Origin: a virus
Lineage: Duplodnaviria > Caudoviricetes
Direction: 5' to 3' (one strand)
Virus record (IMG/VR): IMGVR_UViG_3300021168_000064
Span: 1 to 36,179 of that record
DNA length: 36,179 nucleotides
In this document: piece by piece, positions 26,855-36,179 of the stretch
Layout of the letters: the number at the start of each line of letters is the position of its first letter
Numbering within the stretch: the first letter of the stretch is position 1
Translations under genes and position numbers: made by a program
The notes under the pieces: generated by a model
What the model saw: only the letters and a program-made list of their open reading frames with translations
Told to the model about the DNA's origin: nothing
Database searches by the model: none

Positions 26855-27255
26855 CGACGACACTGAATCTAGTGCTGCCAACGGTTGGTGGATCGGCGAA
26901 TCAATGGGGGACGATTCTGAACACGGCGTTCGGCATCGTCAACACTTTGGGCGGTGTCCAGGTCGTCAACGTCAACTCCGCCTACCTCGCGACCTTCACA
27001 CCCTATCCGGAGATGGTCATCCGCGTCACGACGTCCGGACTCAATATCCCGATCACCCTCCCCAACTCAGGCTCCGTCTCAGGGAAGATTTATCTGGTCA
27101 AGAAACTGGATGCAGGCGCGGGTGCGGCGCAGATTCTCACGCAGGGGACCGACACGATCGACAACCAGACCGAGTGGGATCTAACCAACCAGTATCAATA
27201 TGTCCGTTTGTACGCCAACGGGACAAGTGGGTATGACGTGATCGGGAGTTCATGA
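26851..27255 (+). CDS. Short tail-fibre anchor/adaptor-like protein (134 aa, no signal peptide)
   Basis: ATGA overlap. '[22 protein letters not shown]' is a fibre-type N-terminus, followed by an 'ITLP...GKIYLVKK.D...DTID...Y.YV.L' beta-sandwich. Confidence 0.65.
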   Translation: MTTTLNLVLPTVGGSANQWGTILNTAFGIVNTLGGVQVVNVNSAYLATFTPYPEMVIRVTTSGLNIPITLPNSGSVSGKIYLVKKLDAGAGAAQILTQGTDTIDNQTEWDLTNQYQYVRLYANGTSGYDVIGSS

Positions 27256-29657
27256 TGAGACGACTCTACCTAGCCCTGCCATTCTTCGTACTCGTACTCT
27301 CCGGCTGTCCGCAAACGCAAGCTCAGGGTGGATCTGGTAAGTCCACCCTGGTCCAGTCCTCACCGGAGCCGCTCCCAGCCTGCACTCCAGCAACCGTCGG
27401 TCGCCAAGAGCCAATCATCTGGGACCTAACGACAGGCCAGCTTATGGCTTGTGGACCATCAGCGAATCAATGGTCGCAGGCGAACAGCGGCGGCGGTGGT
27501 GGCGGAGTCTCCAGTTTCAGCGCAGCCGGTACCCTCGGGCCATTCGCGACCTTCGCGGTCACGACATCTACCACGACTCCCTTACTAACCTTCACGGTTA
27601 CCAGTCAGGCAGCGAATACCGTCCTCGCAGGACCGACCACTGGTGGTTCGGTGGCGCCGACCTTTCGCACGCTGGTCGCGGCCGACATCCCGCTCATCTC
27701 TCTCGCGACCGGGATCACCGGGAACCTGTCTACTAGTCACCTTAACAGTGGGACCAGCGCTGGAGCGACCACCTTCTGGCGCGGCGACGGTACGTGGGCG
27801 GTGCCTTCAGGTTCAGGTAGCGTCAGTCTTATCTCGACCACGGGTCCTATCAGCGGCGGACCGATCGCGACTACTGGGACGATCTCGTGTGCGACCTGCG
27901 TGACCAGTGCGGCGTCGCTCACCCTCAACCAGCTTGTGATCGGTGGTGGCGGGCAGGCGACTTCGACTCTCGGGTCGCTCGGGTCGACCGTGACGGTCCT
28001 ACATGGCAATGTCGGCGGCGCACCCTCGTTCGGTCCTGTAGCGCTCTCGACCGACATCACAGGGAACCTGCCCGTGACGAACCTGAACGGCGGCACGTCG
28101 GCATCCTCGACTACTTTCTGGCGCGGAGATGGCACATGGGCAGCCCCACCCGGCACCGGCACCGTCACCAGCATAACCTTCAGCAGCCCGCTCACCGGTG
28201 GCACTGTCACTACGACGGGAACGGTCGGATGCGCTACTTGTGTAACCTCCGCAGCCTCCTTGACTAGTAATTCTTTGATGGTAGGCAGCGGCAGCCAGGG
28301 GTCTCAGACCCTAGCATCTACTGGCACAACTACGACCGTTCTCCACGGGAACGCTGCTGGCCTACCATCCTTTGGTGCCGTCAGCCTCACGACCGACGTG
28401 ACAGGTAACCTTCCGGTAGCCAACCTGAACTCAGGTACCTTGGCATCCAGCACGACCTTTTGGAGAGGTGACGGAACATGGGCGACGCCAGCAGGCAGCG
28501 GGAACGTAACAGCAGGCGGGACCTTGACTATAAATCAACTGGTGATCGGCGGAAACACGACCGCTGTCTCGACCCTCGGTTCCCTTGGGACGACTACTAC
28601 CGTCTTGCACGGCAATGCTGGTGGAGCGCCATCGTTCGCTGCGGTCAGCCTGACGACCGACGTAAGCGGGAATCTGCCCGTCACAAATCTGAATAGCGGG
28701 ACCAGCGCGTCCAGCTCGACGTTCTGGAGAGGGGATGGGACATGGAGCGCACCACCGGCGACGGGAATCACCTCTTTAAACGGACTTACTGGGACGACTC
28801 AGACCTTCGCAACCGGGACGGCTGGGACAGATTTCGGAATCAGCTCGTCCGGAACAACTCACACGTTCAACATCCCATCGGCGTCGGCGGTCAATCGGGG
28901 GTTGGTCACTACTGGAGCGCAGACCATTGGCGGTCAGAAGACACTAGCCGCAGGGACCATCACCGCTAACCAGATTCTCGACATCACCGGGACTTACAAC
29001 TCAGGCGGGACGACCTTCGACGGCATTCTACTCGACGTGACGGATACCGCGTCAGCTGGCGGGAGCTTCCTTGAGCGTCTCCGCGTCGGCGGGACGGCGC
29101 AGTGGAGCGTTACCAAAGCTGGCGTCGGGACGCTCCTAGGTGCGTTCACGGCGCTGAGTCTGACCAGTAATGGCGCTGGATCCGGAAAGCTCTCACTGAC
29201 AGCCAGCGGCGGCGGAACCTTCGGCATCGTCGCGCCCGCATCCGTGTCCAGCTTCAACTGGACGGTACCCTCGGCGGATGCTGCTGGACTTGTTCAGGAC
29301 GACGGCTCCGGCAACCTGACCTTCAACACCGCAGTCCGTCAGGGCGCGCCGACAGTCAGTAGCGGCTTCGGCACCGGACCTTCGATAGCAGCCAACAATG
29401 GTCCCTTGGCCTTCACCGTCAACGTCGGTACTGGCGCATCTGCCTCCAGCGGCGTCATCGGCCTCCCGACCGCGCCGACCGGCTGGAACTGCTGGGTCAA
29501 CGATATTACCGCCGCCGCGGCCAACGTAGCGTACAATACGCGCCAGACCGCCTCTACCGTGTCGACGGCGACCGTTCAGAACCAGACTACGAGTACGGGC
29601 GCGGCGATCGCATGGGGCGTGTCGGACATTCTTAGAGTAAGTTGTGTGGCGTACTAA
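27252..29657 (+). CDS. Repeat-rich fibre-like protein with signal peptide/lipobox
   Basis: [18 protein letters not shown]|C (lipobox LSGC). Very Thr/Ser/Gly-rich, with four FWRGDGTW repeats. Confidence 0.75.
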   Translation: MMRRLYLALPFFVLVLSGCPQTQAQGGSGKSTLVQSSPEPLPACTPATVGRQEPIIWDLTTGQLMACGPSANQWSQANSGGGGGGVSSFSAAGTLGPFATFAVTTSTTTPLLTFTVTSQAANTVLAGPTTGGSVAPTFRTLVAADIPLISLATGITGNLSTSHLNSGTSAGATTFWRGDGTWAVPSGSGSVSLISTTGPISGGPIATTGTISCATCVTSAASLTLNQLVIGGGGQATSTLGSLGSTVTVLHGNVGGAPSFGPVALSTDITGNLPVTNLNGGTSASSTTFWRGDGTWAAPPGTGTVTSITFSSPLTGGTVTTTGTVGCATCVTSAASLTSNSLMVGSGSQGSQTLASTGTTTTVLHGNAAGLPSFGAVSLTTDVTGNLPVANLNSGTLASSTTFWRGDGTWATPAGSGNVTAGGTLTINQLVIGGNTTAVSTLGSLGTTTTVLHGNAGGAPSFAAVSLTTDVSGNLPVTNLNSGTSASSSTFWRGDGTWSAPPATGITSLNGLTGTTQTFATGTAGTDFGISSSGTTHTFNIPSASAVNRGLVTTGAQTIGGQKTLAAGTITANQILDITGTYNSGGTTFDGILLDVTDTASAGGSFLERLRVGGTAQWSVTKAGVGTLLGAFTALSLTSNGAGSGKLSLTASGGGTFGIVAPASVSSFNWTVPSADAAGLVQDDGSGNLTFNTAVRQGAPTVSSGFGTGPSIAANNGPLAFTVNVGTGASASSGVIGLPTAPTGWNCWVNDITAAAANVAYNTRQTASTVSTATVQNQTTSTGAAIAWGVSDILRVSCVAY
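27720..28750 (+). repeat. Four intragenic repeats GNL...[14 protein letters not shown]
   Basis: Phe codons of FWRGDGTW at 27774, 28116, 28458 and 28722 (spacing 342, 342, 264 nt). Confidence 0.9.
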
Positions 29658-29658
29658 T

Positions 29659-31650
29659 ATGAGACGATATCTACTACTAACGATATTGATGCTGGCGGGA
29701 CTCGCTCCTGTGTTCGCACAGTCCAACGTAAGCGGCGGTACCGCAGGCGGCAGCCCGACCGGACCCGCTGTCGGCTGCACCAGCGATGGTGTCAATCCGA
29801 CGCGCTGCCCGAACGGAATCAACACCGCCGTTAATGGTGACTACGAGGAGTACACGGTTGACACGGGAGGCGTCACTGCAGGTCTAGCGCTTTGCGCGAC
29901 CTCAAACGTGGATGCGGCTGGACGGCCCAAGGTCCTGCCCTGTTCACACGTCGCGGCGAATCCCGGCGCCGGATTCGTAGGTATAGCCAAAGCCAGCGTG
30001 GCTGCAGCAGGCACGGTAGTCGTATGTTGGACGGTAAACTGTTCTGCTACCTTCGACAATGGATCAACCGCGCTTAATGAAGCGATTATGTCGGTTACTA
30101 CCGACGGCCAGCTTCACGACACGGGAGCACAGACGGCTACGGCGGGCCAGCCCAACTTCTCCATTCTCAACGCCAATGGTGGATCAGGAAACTCGCTTAT
30201 CAGCCTGACAGGTATGCTGGCGCAGAATCCGAAGGGCGGAGGCAACAACGGTAAGGGTGGCGGCATCAACAGCGTCAACTCCGCCACGGGGCCAGCGGTG
30301 ACGATTCAAGGCGTGGGTTCGACTGGGGTATCTACCTCTGGAAATACCATCAGCATTTCAGGCAGCACGACCGGAACCATTGCAGGCACTTGGAGCAATT
30401 TCAGCGGCAATTATACCGTGGTAGATACCGACAACGGGAATAGGCTGCGCTTTACCACCAGCGCTGCGGCTGTCACCCTGCCACAACCGGGCACGATCTC
30501 GTCAGATCCATTTGTGGCCATGCGGGCACAAGTGAATATGGGTGGAAGCCCACCATTTACATCTTCTTCATTCGCTACCACCGCCGGACATCAGATGTGG
30601 ATCAGCATCAACGCCAACGGAACCTCTACGGTCAGTTCTCTAAGCCTGTCTACTGGAGATAGTTGTCCCCAGCAGAGCGCGACCACGGGCGCTAACGCGT
30701 CTTATGTCTACTTTTGCCCATCCTTGGTCGGCGGCGGATCGGTCACAATCACCGTCAACTATACGCTTGGATCAGCGAGTCAAATAGGCTTATTCGCAAT
30801 GGAGCTGGTAGGAACAACCTTCGACAATGCGCAGACTGGGATTTCGCCAAGCGGGTTTAGCAACATCAGCTTGACTAATCCTATTCACTTTACCAACGCG
30901 GTTGCTATCATCAATCAACAGAATGGCACCAACCTGCCTCCCTCGGGATTCGTAGAAAAGGATTCGTTACTTAATGGCAATACCGGATCGGCTTCTAATC
31001 GGTTCTTGAGCAATTCCAACTCGATTTCTACAACCAGTTTAGGTGCAATATCTTTTTCGCAAACAATCGCCTCCATCTCGAACCATCCAACCTTTGTCGC
31101 GGGCTGGCAGGTGGTGGTGGAGAACGCGTCGACTGGAACTCAGACGGTAACTTCGACCTCTTCGACAATCAACGGACAGACGACTCTGGTGTTAGCTCCT
31201 AACGAAATTTGCAACTTGCAAAGCAATGGCGCGAATTGGGATGCCGTTTGCGGATTCGCTCCCAACATCACCTTTAACGGAGCGGTCGGCAGCGCGATAC
31301 AGATCGGCTACGCACAAAACCTCGCCCGCAACTCCACTTTAGGCACAACTACCATAGTTACGACGGGGGCCAGCGATGCGTTCTATACAGTAGATGCTGA
31401 TATCAACTGTACCGGGACGACTTCTACTGGCGTAGGCACGCTGACGATAACTTTTACCGATACAAGTAACACAGTGCAGACTGCCACTGCAAATGCCGCC
31501 TGCACAACTCTAGGTTCGGCCAGTCTTGGTTCTATTCGGCAAGCCTTTCGAGCTAAGGCTAGCACCAATATTCAGTACGGGATTTCATTTACTGGAACGC
31601 AGTCTACGGTAGATGTCAGCGTGGCAGTAAATCAGTTAAGTACTAGGTGA
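29659..31650 (+). CDS. Fibre/decoration-like protein with signal peptide
   Basis: MRRYLLLTILMLAGLAPVFA|Q. Thr/Ser/Gly/Asn-rich beta domains; the 3' two-thirds is visibly lower in GC. Confidence 0.75.
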   Translation: MRRYLLLTILMLAGLAPVFAQSNVSGGTAGGSPTGPAVGCTSDGVNPTRCPNGINTAVNGDYEEYTVDTGGVTAGLALCATSNVDAAGRPKVLPCSHVAANPGAGFVGIAKASVAAAGTVVVCWTVNCSATFDNGSTALNEAIMSVTTDGQLHDTGAQTATAGQPNFSILNANGGSGNSLISLTGMLAQNPKGGGNNGKGGGINSVNSATGPAVTIQGVGSTGVSTSGNTISISGSTTGTIAGTWSNFSGNYTVVDTDNGNRLRFTTSAAAVTLPQPGTISSDPFVAMRAQVNMGGSPPFTSSSFATTAGHQMWISINANGTSTVSSLSLSTGDSCPQQSATTGANASYVYFCPSLVGGGSVTITVNYTLGSASQIGLFAMELVGTTFDNAQTGISPSGFSNISLTNPIHFTNAVAIINQQNGTNLPPSGFVEKDSLLNGNTGSASNRFLSNSNSISTTSLGAISFSQTIASISNHPTFVAGWQVVVENASTGTQTVTSTSSTINGQTTLVLAPNEICNLQSNGANWDAVCGFAPNITFNGAVGSAIQIGYAQNLARNSTLGTTTIVTTGASDAFYTVDADINCTGTTSTGVGTLTITFTDTSNTVQTATANAACTTLGSASLGSIRQAFRAKASTNIQYGISFTGTQSTVDVSVAVNQLSTR

Positions 31651-31660
31651 GGAGACATAG

Positions 31661-32095
31661 ATGGCAAACTCAGTATTACAAAGTAGGCAAGGTCCTCTTT
31701 GGCCACTGGGTTCACTCGCACCCACGCCGGGGACTCCGGTCAATATGATGTCGCTAGTCGACCCGACTCTTGTGAACGCGCCGGATAAAGTGACGCCGGG
31801 GACCGTCGGTGCGAACGAGTACACGGTGCGGGCGCAGCAAATAATCATCCAAGGGATGAAGTCCAATGGCGGCAACGGACTCACCAACAACACCGGGAAT
31901 GTCTATGTCATCCTCAAGGGGAAGGGGTCGAATAACAGGACCGACACGGGATGTATTGTCCTGACGGTACCTGCTGGACAGACAGGAGTGATTGCGTCGG
32001 CGCCGATGGTCATGAACGTATTCAACCCGTACCTGCTCTGGATCGACTGTGACACAGTAGGCGACGCAGCACAGGTCACGCTGATCATCCAATGA
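31661..32095 (+). CDS. Hypothetical beta-rich virion protein (144 aa)
   Basis: GAGGAG SD; 'NTGNVYV'-containing beta-sandwich pattern; tail module context. Confidence 0.65.
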   Translation: MANSVLQSRQGPLWPLGSLAPTPGTPVNMMSLVDPTLVNAPDKVTPGTVGANEYTVRAQQIIIQGMKSNGGNGLTNNTGNVYVILKGKGSNNRTDTGCIVLTVPAGQTGVIASAPMVMNVFNPYLLWIDCDTVGDAAQVTLIIQ

Positions 32096-32511
32096 GCGCT
32101 CAGGTCACCTGCCGCTGGCTAGACGGTCCCTTCTGTAGCGATCAGGACTGGGCGCGCCTCGACAACCTGCTGGAGAAGCGAGGATGGTCACCTCTCAACC
32201 GGTCGATGTCGCGTGTCTATTTAGCGGAGCAGGGCGACGAGATAGTTGGGTTCAGCGTCTTGCAGATGCTTCCGTTCGCGGGACCGCTACACGTCAAGCG
32301 CGAGCTGCGCGGGTCAGGACTCGCAGATAAGCTCGCGACCGACACCGTCAACTATCTGGTCGAGTGCGAGGCCCGAGGATGGTTTGTCGTCGCTGACAGC
32401 CCACATGTCCCGAGGCTGTGCGAGCGACTCGGGATGCATAAGGTCGAGAGTCCTGTGTACATCACGCTGAGCGTCGGTGTCCCGACCGTGTCGAAGAAGG
32501 AGGTCGCCTGA
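32092..32511 (+). CDS. GNAT-fold acetyltransferase-like protein
   Basis: 'VYLAEQGDEIVGF', 'LHVKRELRGSGLADKL' (acetyl-CoA-binding motif A) and 'LCERLGM'. Precedes the ejection genes, as in many podoviruses. Confidence 0.7.
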   Translation: MSAQVTCRWLDGPFCSDQDWARLDNLLEKRGWSPLNRSMSRVYLAEQGDEIVGFSVLQMLPFAGPLHVKRELRGSGLADKLATDTVNYLVECEARGWFVVADSPHVPRLCERLGMHKVESPVYITLSVGVPTVSKKEVA

Positions 32512-33158
32512 TGGGTGGATTACTATCCTCACTGGTCTCAACTGGTTCCATCGGCGGCAGTAGTGCGAAGACCGACCGTTCCAACTTCCTGACAGGCATT
32601 GGTGACCAGTCCAACGTCTTCAACTGGGCGCTACCGTTCGGCAAGTCGCAAGCCGCGACCGGTCAGGCGACGACCGCCGCCGGCGTCGGCGACCTCGGCA
32701 CCGCCGGTGGGTACTTCAAGAAGCTCGCCACTGGTAACCGTGCAGACTTACTGTCAGCGACCGCTCCGGCGACCAACGCAGCGATCGCGCAGAACGACGC
32801 TGAGAAGCGGCAACTGTCATCTCTCGGGACCGCGCGTGGTGGCGGTACTGCAGGAATCAACCAGCAGCGCGAGTCGGACCTGACGGCGAAGATCGACAAT
32901 ATGCTATTCGGTGCGCGGACAGCCGGCGCGTCCGGACTAGCAGGCGTCGGTGGGACCGAAGCGGGGGTTGGTCTAGGTGAGACTGGTCAAGGGATTCAGG
33001 CAGGAGGTCTGGCATCTGCCACCGCCAACAATATCACGCGGGACTCTCTCGCCTCTCGTGGACAGTCCTACGATATCCACAAGGCTACGAGCGGTGCGAT
33101 CGCGTCTGGACTTGAGGACTCACTCACAGGGATATTCAAGACATTGGGGATTGGATAG
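32511..33158 (+). CDS. DNA ejection / internal virion protein (small, putative)
   Basis: 215 aa, Gly/Ala-rich with a MGGLLSSL N-terminus; AAGGAGG SD; syntenic position. Confidence 0.6.
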   Translation: MGGLLSSLVSTGSIGGSSAKTDRSNFLTGIGDQSNVFNWALPFGKSQAATGQATTAAGVGDLGTAGGYFKKLATGNRADLLSATAPATNAAIAQNDAEKRQLSSLGTARGGGTAGINQQRESDLTAKIDNMLFGARTAGASGLAGVGGTEAGVGLGETGQGIQAGGLASATANNITRDSLASRGQSYDIHKATSGAIASGLEDSLTGIFKTLGIG

Positions 33159-33161
33159 ACG

Positions 33162-35273
33162 ATGCCGCCACAGAATCCAGCCGTACCCGGCGCAGCAGGA
33201 CCGGACGAAGCCGTACCGGGCGGGAATCCAGTCAGCAATATCCCTGCAGATCGCGCCGAGGGTGTCTTCTCGCTGCTAAAGCTGACCCCGCATGACCAGC
33301 CGTCGTCGATGTCCGACCTGATCACGCAGCATCACCAGACGCGACTTGCGAACGCGCAGATGTACTCGAACGCGGCGAAGACGGCGCTGCACGCGCAGTT
33401 AATGATTCAACACGGCGTCGACCCTGATTCAGGAATGCGGTTTGACGACAAGGACTATCAGGGTCCTTCATTGGAAGACCAGAAGGCTCGCTACGCCGCC
33501 AACTATAACGAAGCCTGGACCAACTATAAGAAGCTCGCAGGTGTCGACCAGAACACGAAGGGCGCGCTGGCGAAGGCCGAGCAGATACTGAATCATGTCC
33601 TGGGCGGCGGGGCGATGCAGTCCGCACCAGGAGCGCCTTCTGATCAGGGTCGACCGGGCGGGATGACGCCACCTCCGTCTGCTGGTGGAGCAGGTGGGCC
33701 GTATGCAGGCGGCGATGCGGGAGTGGTCTCGAAGGGATCACCGCTAGGTGGTGGTGGTGGACAATCTACCACGCAAGGGATGACTCCTCCACCTTCCCCG
33801 TCCGCTCAAGCAGATCCGAACTTCGCCCTCTCCGCACCGATGGTCGAAGCGAATACGGACTTCCAGCAGAACTTGAATCGTGGCCTCGAAGGTAACAAGC
33901 GTCAGTATCAGCAAGGTATCGAACTCCGCACGGACCAAGTCAAGCGAATGGGCATGGATCCGCAGTCCCCGACCGCGATGCGCTATATCGCGACCGGACA
34001 GTTCCCGCCAGTGGCGCGGCTGCAGAAGATGCTCTATAAGGATCCCAAGACGGGCGAGGTCAAGGAAGGCAGCTACGACCCCATCCAGGGGACGATACTC
34101 GACCAGCAGCAGCAGGTCGTCGAAGGCGCAGAGCCTGCCACGTCAGGCATGATCACCCCGAAGCCATTCAAGTACATGTCACCGGACGGGAAGTCCGAAC
34201 TCCCTGGATTCCAGGTCGGTCAGCAATACATGGACATGGAAGGGAAGCCTCTCCCTGAAGGGACCACCTTGTACGCCCGCGGACTAGTCCCCTCGGAGAC
34301 ATTGCACCAGCAGATCACCTACGGTCCTGATGGAAGGTCGCAGATCAACACGCTCGAGACTATCCATCGACCGTTAGGGATGCCGACTCAGGGAGCCAAG
34401 TCAGCCGGACCCGCGCCAAAGACAGGTGGAGGGGCTGCAGCATCGGCTCCTTCTGCGGGGACTGGAGGAGGCGGTCGCATGACTCCTCCACCTGTCCCTA
34501 GACCAGCAGCTCCCGGTCCAGCTGCCGCCGCTCAAGGCGCACAAGCAGTCGATGCATTGGGGAAGCCTCTAGGCACCTCGTCTGGTGCATGGCAGAACGC
34601 ACGCAAAGCCATTGTCCCGGTGCGCGGCGCTGCGACCCAGCTATTCGGCGACCCGACTCAGCCTGAGCTTAAGGGATACCAGGACTACGCTAGCCTGTCC
34701 GACAATACGCCTGAGCGTAAGGATCTAGCCAATGCGCTCCAGCTCGCGTTCAATAGTCTGGAGCAGCAGGAGAAAGCATCAGGTGGTCTACGCGCTCTAC
34801 TAGGTAACTACGCTGGAGAGCCTCAAGCATTGGTAGACAGTCAGACCAGCGTGATGCAGGACGTGATCGGGAAGCTCTCGCCGCAGAATCAGGAAGCCTT
34901 CAACGCGGCAATGGCGGTCTACGGGACTGTCATGGGGCTGAGGTCGCTGACCGGCGCTGGAGCGTATCAGTTCAGCGTGAAGGCGATGGAGCGTGAAGTC
35001 CCGCTCCCCGGACTGAACACGTTCTCCCGTCCGCAGTTCTACGACAAGATGTCGCGGCTTGCGGAGGAGGTCTATAACGGCAGCAAGAACCTCCCGATGC
35101 CACAATCGGAGCGCGACTACTACGCCGGGAAGGTCAAGGAGTACCGACAGTTGGCGACGGGTCGAAAGGGCGGGACGACTGCTGCGCCGACTGTTGAAGG
35201 TAGCGCGGTCGCTCCGAAGACCGCCTCCGAGTATCTATCCAAGTTTGGAATCAAACCAGCCGGACAGCCCTGA
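33162..35273 (+). CDS. DNA ejection / internal virion protein (putative)
   Basis: 703 aa with helical blocks separated by Pro/Gly low-complexity linkers; follows the small ejection-like gene. Confidence 0.6.
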   Translation: MPPQNPAVPGAAGPDEAVPGGNPVSNIPADRAEGVFSLLKLTPHDQPSSMSDLITQHHQTRLANAQMYSNAAKTALHAQLMIQHGVDPDSGMRFDDKDYQGPSLEDQKARYAANYNEAWTNYKKLAGVDQNTKGALAKAEQILNHVLGGGAMQSAPGAPSDQGRPGGMTPPPSAGGAGGPYAGGDAGVVSKGSPLGGGGGQSTTQGMTPPPSPSAQADPNFALSAPMVEANTDFQQNLNRGLEGNKRQYQQGIELRTDQVKRMGMDPQSPTAMRYIATGQFPPVARLQKMLYKDPKTGEVKEGSYDPIQGTILDQQQQVVEGAEPATSGMITPKPFKYMSPDGKSELPGFQVGQQYMDMEGKPLPEGTTLYARGLVPSETLHQQITYGPDGRSQINTLETIHRPLGMPTQGAKSAGPAPKTGGGAAASAPSAGTGGGGRMTPPPVPRPAAPGPAAAAQGAQAVDALGKPLGTSSGAWQNARKAIVPVRGAATQLFGDPTQPELKGYQDYASLSDNTPERKDLANALQLAFNSLEQQEKASGGLRALLGNYAGEPQALVDSQTSVMQDVIGKLSPQNQEAFNAAMAVYGTVMGLRSLTGAGAYQFSVKAMEREVPLPGLNTFSRPQFYDKMSRLAEEVYNGSKNLPMPQSERDYYAGKVKEYRQLATGRKGGTTAAPTVEGSAVAPKTASEYLSKFGIKPAGQP

Positions 35274-36179
35274 TGCCCGACGGTAACGACAACACGACCT
35301 CGACCTCGACCTCGACGCCATCAATAAACTGGCAGACCGACCCGGACTTCCACGCCCTCCCGCTCGCTGAGAAGCATAAGGTCCTGCTACAAGTCGACCC
35401 CGACTATAAGGGATTGCCGCCGAAGGAGCAGGCGAAGGCACTCGACACGATCCACTACGGGACCCTTGGACAGAGCGAGCAGACCGGCGTGACCGGAGCG
35501 TTGAAGGGGATGATACCCCCGCCTCCAGGTGGCGGTGCGCCGTTCCTTAGTAAGGAGTTCTGGCTGGGGAAGGAAGCGCCGAGTATAGATCCAACAAGAC
35601 CGGGAACTATTTACAGTGACCTTACCAGACCGCTTCCCGCTAACCTACCCACAGCAGCGCTGACCAATGCCCCCAACCCGTCAGGTCCGGTCCAGACACC
35701 AGTCGGCAACGCCATCTACCGCGTGGCGTCCATCTTCTCTCCAATGGGTGCTGAGTCGGCTGAGGAGGCATCAGCGCGCGGCGATACGTCCAACGTGGCC
35801 ACTCAAGCAGCGGTGCCGGCTGCGCTGACCCTAGCGGGACCGATACTCGGTAAAGCGATTCCTGGTAAGGGTGCTCCAGCCGCCGCCGAAGCCGGAGGAC
35901 TCAGCTCCAAGACTACCGGTGCCATCGGCAGAACTATCGGCCACGCCACGCGCATACCTGGAGGCGGCGCCATTGGCGAGTTCCTGGGTAAGAAGTTCGG
36001 CACGGAGGCTCCGCCTCCAGTCGCTGCACCTGAGGCTGAGTCCCCCGCCAGTATCCTAGCGGAGCGCCAGAAACGAATGGCCGCCTACGCCGAGATGCAG
36101 GAGGACTTCGCTAACCGGGCGAGGCAGCAGCAGAAGGATCTCGCGAATCGCGTAGCCGAGGCTGAGAAGGCCCGCCAGA
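35273..36179 (+). CDS. Large internal virion/ejection protein, 3'-truncated, not in the ORF track
   Basis: TGATG overlap; MPDGNDNTTSTSTSTPSINWQTDPDFHALPLAEKHKVLL... stays open to the window end. Confidence 0.7.
   Translation, partial: MPDGNDNTTSTSTSTPSINWQTDPDFHALPLAEKHKVLLQVDPDYKGLPPKEQAKALDTIHYGTLGQSEQTGVTGALKGMIPPPPGGGAPFLSKEFWLGKEAPSIDPTRPGTIYSDLTRPLPANLPTAALTNAPNPSGPVQTPVGNAIYRVASIFSPMGAESAEEASARGDTSNVATQAAVPAALTLAGPILGKAIPGKGAPAAAEAGGLSSKTTGAIGRTIGHATRIPGGGAIGEFLGKKFGTEAPPPVAAPEAESPASILAERQKRMAAYAEMQEDFANRARQQQKDLANRVAEAEKARQ

Noticed and set aside
27720-28750. Repeats considered as a CRISPR array or diversity-generating retroelement template/variable pair
   Set aside because: They are in-frame protein repeats differing at synonymous sites, not adenine-specific, and no cas or reverse transcriptase gene is in the window.
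3038-29658. Tracked longer starts at 3038, 9980, 10906, 13589, 15527, 16071, 22303, 26800 and 29644
   Set aside because: Each overlaps an upstream gene or RNA stem; downstream starts have SDs, stop/start coupling or intact signal peptides.
35294-35317. (CGACCT)n microsatellite and the short duplication at 33179-33222
   Set aside because: They encode low-complexity TS and AVPG linkers, with unit lengths that keep the frame; no sign of phase variation.

Overview
This window is the virion morphogenesis region of a GC-rich tailed phage or prophage with podovirus-like (P22/SU10-style) gene order. Almost every gene is on the + strand. Order: 5'-truncated ORF, portal, small proteins, a structured 210-bp intergenic leader, tiny Lys/His-rich peptides, scaffold, major capsid, decoration proteins and a head-tail adaptor. 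Next come an antisense HNH endonuclease and a tightly coupled 7-gene glycan-modification cassette (four glycosyltransferase-like genes, two SAM methyltransferases, one cupin). These are followed by fibre-like proteins, small basic proteins, a holin-like gene, a second adaptor, a 1403-aa nozzle-like protein, a multidomain pectate lyase, more fibres, a GNAT-like protein and probable ejection proteins running off the right edge. Two points stand out. Five fibre/spike-like proteins in the tail module carry N-terminal export signals (one with a lipobox). They share a late operon with a glycosyltransferase/methyltransferase cassette, which suggests exported and possibly glycosylated virion appendages. 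An Acidobacteria-like host is a tentative inference from domain content. All protein calls come from motif recognition and synteny by eye; no database searches were run. No CRISPR, tRNA, rRNA, integrase, terminase or endolysin was seen.
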